DNA from: an uncultured Chloroflexia bacterium
GTDB lineage: Bacteria > Chloroflexota > Limnocylindria > QHBO01
Assembly (NCBI GenBank): GCA_963825525.1
Contig: CAWGTN010000002.1
Location: 224,001-288,000, forward strand
Reading direction: 5' to 3'
DNA length: 64,000 nucleotides
The translations under genes were made by a program, and so were the position numbers. The notes below the pieces were generated by a model. The model was not told where the DNA came from. It did no database searches and saw only the letters and a program-made list of their open reading frames with translations. This document shows, in pieces, positions 58,716 through 64,000 of the stretch (positions within the stretch are counted from its first letter, which is position 1; every line of letters starts with the position of its first letter).

Positions 58716-60642
58716 ATGGCGGCGATCCTCAGCTTGGCATGGATCATTGGCCCGGCCGCCTCGCCGGTTGCCGCCTTCCCCTCGTACGACGCCGGCTACC
58801 ACACCTACGAGGAGCTGACGGACCGCATCCACGCCATCGAGCGCGCGTACCCGAACCTGGTGAAGATCTCGTCGATCGGGCGCAGCCATCAGGGCCGTGA
58901 GCTGTGGGTGGCGAAGGTGAGCGACAACCCAGGGAGTGACGAAGCGGAGCCCGAAGTGCTGCTCGACGGAGGCCATCACGGTCGCGAGCACCTGAGCGTC
59001 GAGATGGCGCTCTCCGTCCTGGAGCACCTGACGTCAACCTACGCGGGCAGCGAGAGCACGCGACGACGCGTCGATGGCACCGAGACCTGGGTCCTGTTCA
59101 ACCTGAACCCGGACGGCACGACGTTCGACGGCGGGGGATCGACGTACCGCGACTGGCGCAAGAATCGACAACCGAATGCGGGAACCACGGCGATCGGGAC
59201 GGACCTCAACCGCAACTACGGCTGGAAGTGGGGCTGCTGCGGGGGATCCAGCGGCTCGGCCACGAGCGAGAACTACCGCGGGCCGCGCCCATGGTCCGCA
59301 CCCGAGGTCGCGGCGCTCAAGAAGTTCGTCGACGGGCGGGTCATCGGCGGCCGGCAGCAGATCCGCATCCACCTCTCGTTCCACTCGTACGGTCGCGTCG
59401 TGGTCTGGCCGTGGGCTCACACCTCGGCCGGCGTCCCGGACGCCGACGACCGCGCGACGCTCGCCGCCATCGGCAACGAGATGGCACGGCTGGCTGGGTA
59501 TCGCGGCATGCAATCGAACGCCCTGTATCCGACCGATGGCGACCAGATCGACTGGATGTACGGTGCGCATCGCATCTTCAGCTACACGGTCGAGCTCGCC
59601 GACCGTCGCTATCCGCCGGACGAGATGATCCCAACCGAGACTGCCGCGAGCGATGCCGGCGGTCCTGTACGCGCTGGACAACGCCGCCTGTCCGTGGAGC
59701 TCGATCAGCAGGGGCTCGGTGCACTGTCCGCCGGCCTGGGTGACACGCCTCGCTGGCTCGGATCGCTATGCGACCGCAGCAGCGATCTCGCGAGCGACCT
59801 TTGACCCCGGGATCGCCGTTGCCTACGTGGCGACCGGGACGAACTATCCCGACGCACTCGCCGGCGGGGCCGCGGCGGCCAGGGATGGAGGGCCGGTGCT
59901 GCTGACCCAGCCCACGGTCCTGCCCGGCGCCACGGCGACGGAGCTCACCCGATTGGCGCCGCGGCGCATCGTTGTCCTCGGAGGCCCGTCCGTGATCTCG
60001 GACGCCGTCAAGACCCGGTTGGAAGGCTACACGTCGGGGTCCGTGGTACGCGTTGCCGGCGCGGACCGCTACGCGACCGCTTCCGCGATCTCCGCCGCCG
60101 GCACGCCACGCGGGATCTCGGTGGCGTACGTCGCCACCGGAACCAACTATCCGGACGCCCTGGCCGCCATTCCACTCGCAGCTCGGACGGCGAGCCCGCT
60201 GCTCCTTACCTCCCCGAACAGCCTGCCCTACGCGACCGCACGCGAGCTCGACCGGATACGTCCGGGACGCATCGTGGTCCTCGGTGGCCCGTCGGTGGTC
60301 TCTGATGGCGTCATGGCCCGTCTGGAAACGTACACGAGCGGCACGGTGACCCGCATTGCCGGAGCAGATCGATTTGCCACGGCGGCCGCCATTGCCGGGC
60401 CATTCCCCGCCGGCCTCGCCTCGGTCTACCTGGCCACCGGGACCTCATTTGCCGATGCGCTGGCCGGCGGCCCGGCAGCCGCGACCCACAACGTGCCCAT
60501 GCTGCTCGCCACCCCGACAAGCCTGCCGGCGCCGACCAGGGGCCAGCTCGGCCGGATCATGCCGCGAACATTGACGATACTCGGTGGACTTGGCGTGCTG
60601 AGCGACGAGGTAGCTGCATCGGCGGCCAAGGCGGCGCGCTGA
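58716..60642 (+). CDS. Secreted M14 zinc carboxypeptidase (carboxypeptidase T-like) fused to three cell-wall-binding repeat 2 modules; apparent +1 frameshift near 59648
   Basis: HGRE, NPDG, WRKNR, DLNRNY, FHSY and TVEL in the first ORF. Three RxAGxDRY/F...DALA...PxLL repeats in the second ORF. Confidence 0.85.
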
Positions 60643-60697
60643 GCGCCGCCCGACGCCGGTCGAATATCTCTCGACGGGGACTCGTGCTTCGCGCACA

Positions 60698-63600
60698 ATG
60701 GCCGCCGCACGCGCACCTCACAGGGCTCGTGATCTGCAGGAGGGTCGTTCCATAGCCGCCACCGGGAAGAAGTTCCCATCGGAGTCCGTCGGTGACGACA
60801 TCGCCGCGGCCCGACGACGGATTGACGAGCTGGAGGCGCAACTCGTCGAGACCGAGTCCGGCGAGCGAATCCAGGCGGCGCTGTTCCGCATCGCCGAGAC
60901 CGCCAGCGCGGCCCAGGACATGCCGTCGTTCTATGCGGCGATTCACGGAATCGTCCGCGAGCTGATGTACGCCGACAACTTCTACATCGCCCTGTACGAC
61001 GACCGTCGCGACCTGATCAACTTCGCGTTCTATCGCGATGAGGTCGACCTCGACGTTCCGGACCCCAACCTCTGGGAGCCGCTCGGGTCGGGCGAGGCGG
61101 CTGGGTTGACCGCCTACCTCCTGCGGACTGCGAAACCGATGCTGCTGGATCGTGCCGAATACCAACAGATCGTGGCCCGCGGGGAAGCCGAAATGGTGGG
61201 CGTCGTCGGGGTTGACTGGATGGGCGTCCCGCTGACGTCCGACGGACGGACCATCGGCGCGGTGGTGACGCAGAGCTATCGCGATGAGATACGCCACACC
61301 CCCCGCGACCTAGAGCTGCTCACGTTCGTCGTGCAGCACATCGGGACCGCGCTGACACGGGCGAGGGCCATCGAGGAAACGCGGCAGCGCAACGCCGAGC
61401 TCGCGATCGTGAACGAGGTCGGCCAAGCACTTGCCAAGCAGCTCGACTTTGACGGCATCCTCGAGGCGGTGGGTGCGCGGACGGCACAGGCCCTGAATGT
61501 CGACGGCCTATCCATCGCGATCCACGACCGCGAGGCCGACGTCACGAGGTTCCTCTACTGGATCGATGGCGGCGAACGACGCCGCGACATGGAGGGCAAG
61601 GTCCTCGGCGATCCACTGACCGCCGAGATCCTCCGCTCCGGCCGTCCGCTGCGCATCAAGAGTGCGGCCGAGGCCGTCGAGATCGGAATGCCGTTCAAGG
61701 TCGAAGGCACCGAGTCGTACCTGGGGGCCCCCATTCCGGCCGCGGTTCGCCCCATCGGGGTGATCGCGATGGGCACACGGGAGCCGAATGCCTACACGGA
61801 GGCCGATGAGCGGCTGCTGACGACGTTCGCGACGGCGATGGGCCAGGCGCTCGAGAACGCTCGGCTCTTCGAGGAAACTAAACGACTCCTCGCTGAGACG
61901 GACGAGCGCGCGGCGGAGCTGGCGATCATCAACAGCGTCCAGGAGGGTCTCGCCCAGAATCTCGAGATGCAGGCGATGTACGACCTCGTCGGCGACAAGA
62001 TCCGCGACATCTTCGATGCCGAGGTCCTGGATATCGGCATCATCGACGCCGAGGCAGGCGTCATGCGATTCCCCTACACCATCGAGCGCGGGGTGCGCTT
62101 TCCCGACCAGCCGACCCCCATCGGCAGCGGCGCGATCGGCGCCCAACTCCTGGAGAAGCGAGAGCCGCTCCTGATCCGCGACTTCGACGCCTGGCTCCAG
62201 GAACAGTCGCTTCCGGCCGTTGTCCAGGGTGAACGGCCGAAATCGGCGCTCTTCGTCCCGCTCATGGGTGGCGGCAACGTGCGAGGGCGGATTTCGCTCC
62301 AGAACCTCGACCGCACGGACGCCTTTTCAGAGCGCGACATGCGCCTGCTGTCGACGCTCGCGTCAAGCCTGAGCGTGGCGCTCGAGAACGCTCGCCTGTT
62401 CGACCAGACGAAGCGCCTCCTCACTGAGACGGACGAGCGGGCGGCCGAGCTCGCGATCATCAACAGCGTGCAGCGCGGCCTGGCCGAGAACCTCGACATG
62501 GATGCCATGTACGAGCTGGTGGGGGAGAAGATCCGCGAGATCTTTGATGCCCAGGTGCTGGACATAGGCATCATGGAGCCCGAAACCGACACAATGCACT
62601 ACCCGTACTCGATCGAGCGCGGGGTGCGCTTCCCCGACGAGCCGTCGAGTATCAGCGCTTCGCCCCTGGCGCAGAAGATCATTCGCGACCGGACCCCGGT
62701 CCGTATCGACGACGTGGAGCAATGGATGCGAGAGCATGGAGACATGCCCGTCCTGCAGGGCGAACCGGCGCTGTCGCTGCTCGTGGCTCCGCTCATCGGT
62801 GGGGGAGAGGTCCGTGGAAGAATCTCCCTCCAGAACCTCGATCGCAAGGCCGCGTTCACCGAATCCGACGAGCGGCTGCTCTGGACGCTGGCATCGAGCC
62901 TGAGCGTGGCGCTCGAGAACGCACGGCTGTTCGACGAGACGAAGCGGCTGCTGGTCGAAACGGACGAGCGCGCCGCGGAGCTTGCCATCATCAACAGCGT
63001 CCAGGAGGGCCTTGCGCAGAACCTCGAGATGCAGGCGATGTACGAGCTCGTCGGCGACAAGATTCGCGAGATCTTTGACGCCCAGGTCGTCGACATCGGC
63101 ATCATCGACCACGACGCGGGCCTCGTGCGCTATCCCTACACGATTGAGCGTGGTGAGCGCCTCCCAGACGATCCCACGCCGATCGACGCATCGCCGCTGA
63201 CCAGCGAGGTCATCCGTACACGGCAGGTCATCCATGTCAACGATGTTCGCGCCTGGGAGCAGAGCATGAAGTTGACCCCGACCGTCCAGGGCGAGCCGGC
63301 CAAGGCGCTGCTCATCGCGCCGCTCATCTCCGGCGGTGAGGTCCGGGGCCGTATCTCGCTCCAGAACCTGGATCGCGCGGATGCATTCGGCGATGGTGAC
63401 ATCCGCTTGATCACCACGCTGGCCGCCAGCCTGAGCGTTGCGCTCGAGAACGCCCGCCTGTTCGACGAGACGAAGCGCCGTGCCGGAGAGCTCGCCATCG
63501 TGAACAGCATTCAGCGCGGCCTCGCGTCGGAGCTCGACATCCAGGCGATGTACGAGCTGGTGGGGGAGCGGGCGAGCGACGTGTTCGACACCCACGTCGT

Positions 63601-64000
63601 CGATATCGCGATCTTCGACCAGGCCGAGGGTGTCATGCACTTCCCGTTCGGCATCGAGCGAGGCGTGCGGATACCGGACCATCCCATCCCGGTCATGGGG
63701 TTCCGCAAGCACGTGCTCGAGACCCGCGAGCCGCTGCTGGTCAGCCATGACATCGAAGGTCGCGCCACTGAGCTCGGCCAGCCGGCCCAGCTCCTCGGCG
63801 AGCCGGCTCGGTCGGCGATCTTCGCCCCGATCGGCCTCGGCGACGAGATTCTGGGCACCATCTCCCTCCAGAACCTCGACCGTGAATACGCGTTCGACGA
63901 GCGGGACGTCTCGCTGGTCACGACCATCGCCGCGAGCCTGAGCGTCGCCCTGCGGACCGGGCGACTGCTCGACGAGACGCGGCGCCGGGTCGGCGAGCTC
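60698..64000 (+). CDS. Large multi-GAF sensor protein, 3' truncated by the window (start ATG 60698, or ATA 60752 after AGGAGG)
   Basis: One open frame, absent from the ORF track because it has no stop in the window. At least six GAF modules joined by ALENARLF.ET...R..EL.IIN coiled-coil linkers. Confidence 0.88.
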   Translation, partial: MAAARAPHRARDLQEGRSIAATGKKFPSESVGDDIAAARRRIDELEAQLVETESGERIQAALFRIAETASAAQDMPSFYAAIHGIVRELMYADNFYIALYDDRRDLINFAFYRDEVDLDVPDPNLWEPLGSGEAAGLTAYLLRTAKPMLLDRAEYQQIVARGEAEMVGVVGVDWMGVPLTSDGRTIGAVVTQSYRDEIRHTPRDLELLTFVVQHIGTALTRARAIEETRQRNAELAIVNEVGQALAKQLDFDGILEAVGARTAQALNVDGLSIAIHDREADVTRFLYWIDGGERRRDMEGKVLGDPLTAEILRSGRPLRIKSAAEAVEIGMPFKVEGTESYLGAPIPAAVRPIGVIAMGTREPNAYTEADERLLTTFATAMGQALENARLFEETKRLLAETDERAAELAIINSVQEGLAQNLEMQAMYDLVGDKIRDIFDAEVLDIGIIDAEAGVMRFPYTIERGVRFPDQPTPIGSGAIGAQLLEKREPLLIRDFDAWLQEQSLPAVVQGERPKSALFVPLMGGGNVRGRISLQNLDRTDAFSERDMRLLSTLASSLSVALENARLFDQTKRLLTETDERAAELAIINSVQRGLAENLDMDAMYELVGEKIREIFDAQVLDIGIMEPETDTMHYPYSIERGVRFPDEPSSISASPLAQKIIRDRTPVRIDDVEQWMREHGDMPVLQGEPALSLLVAPLIGGGEVRGRISLQNLDRKAAFTESDERLLWTLASSLSVALENARLFDETKRLLVETDERAAELAIINSVQEGLAQNLEMQAMYELVGDKIREIFDAQVVDIGIIDHDAGLVRYPYTIERGERLPDDPTPIDASPLTSEVIRTRQVIHVNDVRAWEQSMKLTPTVQGEPAKALLIAPLISGGEVRGRISLQNLDRADAFGDGDIRLITTLAASLSVALENARLFDETKRRAGELAIVNSIQRGLASELDIQAMYELVGERASDVFDTHVVDIAIFDQAEGVMHFPFGIERGVRIPDHPIPVMGFRKHVLETREPLLVSHDIEGRATELGQPAQLLGEPARSAIFAPIGLGDEILGTISLQNLDREYAFDERDVSLVTTIAASLSVALRTGRLLDETRRRVGEL

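Noticed and set aside
59740-60600. Repeated nucleotide motifs (e.g. AACTATCCxGACGC) as a DNA repeat element
   Set aside because: Explained by the three CWB2 protein repeats.
61900-63560. Recurring ~530-nt repeats as a CRISPR or other non-coding array
   Set aside because: They are in-frame protein domain repeats with synonymous divergence.
1-64000. tRNA, rRNA, integrase, transposase, prophage or defence genes
   Set aside because: None recognised; intergenic gaps are short and are explained by promoters and terminators.

Overview
This is a high-GC (about 70% by eye) bacterial chromosome segment made almost entirely of co-oriented housekeeping genes for translation, RNA processing, lipid/isoprenoid synthesis and chromosome maintenance. 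Gene order: ileS-lspA-rluD-gmk-priA-def-fmt ... recG-rsmD-coaD ... rpmF-plsX-nusB-acpP-rnc-smc-ftsY-ffh ... rpsP-khpA-rimM-trmD-rplS-rnhB, rpsB-tsf-pyrH-frr-uppS-cdsA-dxr-rseP, nusA-ylxR-infB-rbfA-nrnA-truB-ribF-rpsO-pnp-udg-rnj-ftsK-rodZ. The window ends in pirin, an M14 peptidase with cell-wall-binding repeats, and a large multi-GAF protein that runs off the edge. Firmicutes-like synteny at this GC suggests Chloroflexota (possibly Limnocylindria), but that is inference only. I saw no rRNA, tRNA, CRISPR array or mobile element. The standout is the PNPase: a complete DEDDh (DnaQ/RNase T-like) 3'-5' exonuclease domain with intact catalytic motifs sits in frame between its two RNase PH cores, and the gene is followed by a family-4 UDG and RNase J. 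Other observations: candidate non-canonical start codons (ACG/ATA/CTG), leaderless promoters including a 9-codon uORF coupled to recG, a nusA leader terminator retained although rimP is absent, and a perfect 201-nt LysM duplication. Eight frameshifts, all in the +1 direction and several in normally essential genes, most likely reflect sequencing/consensus insertion errors.
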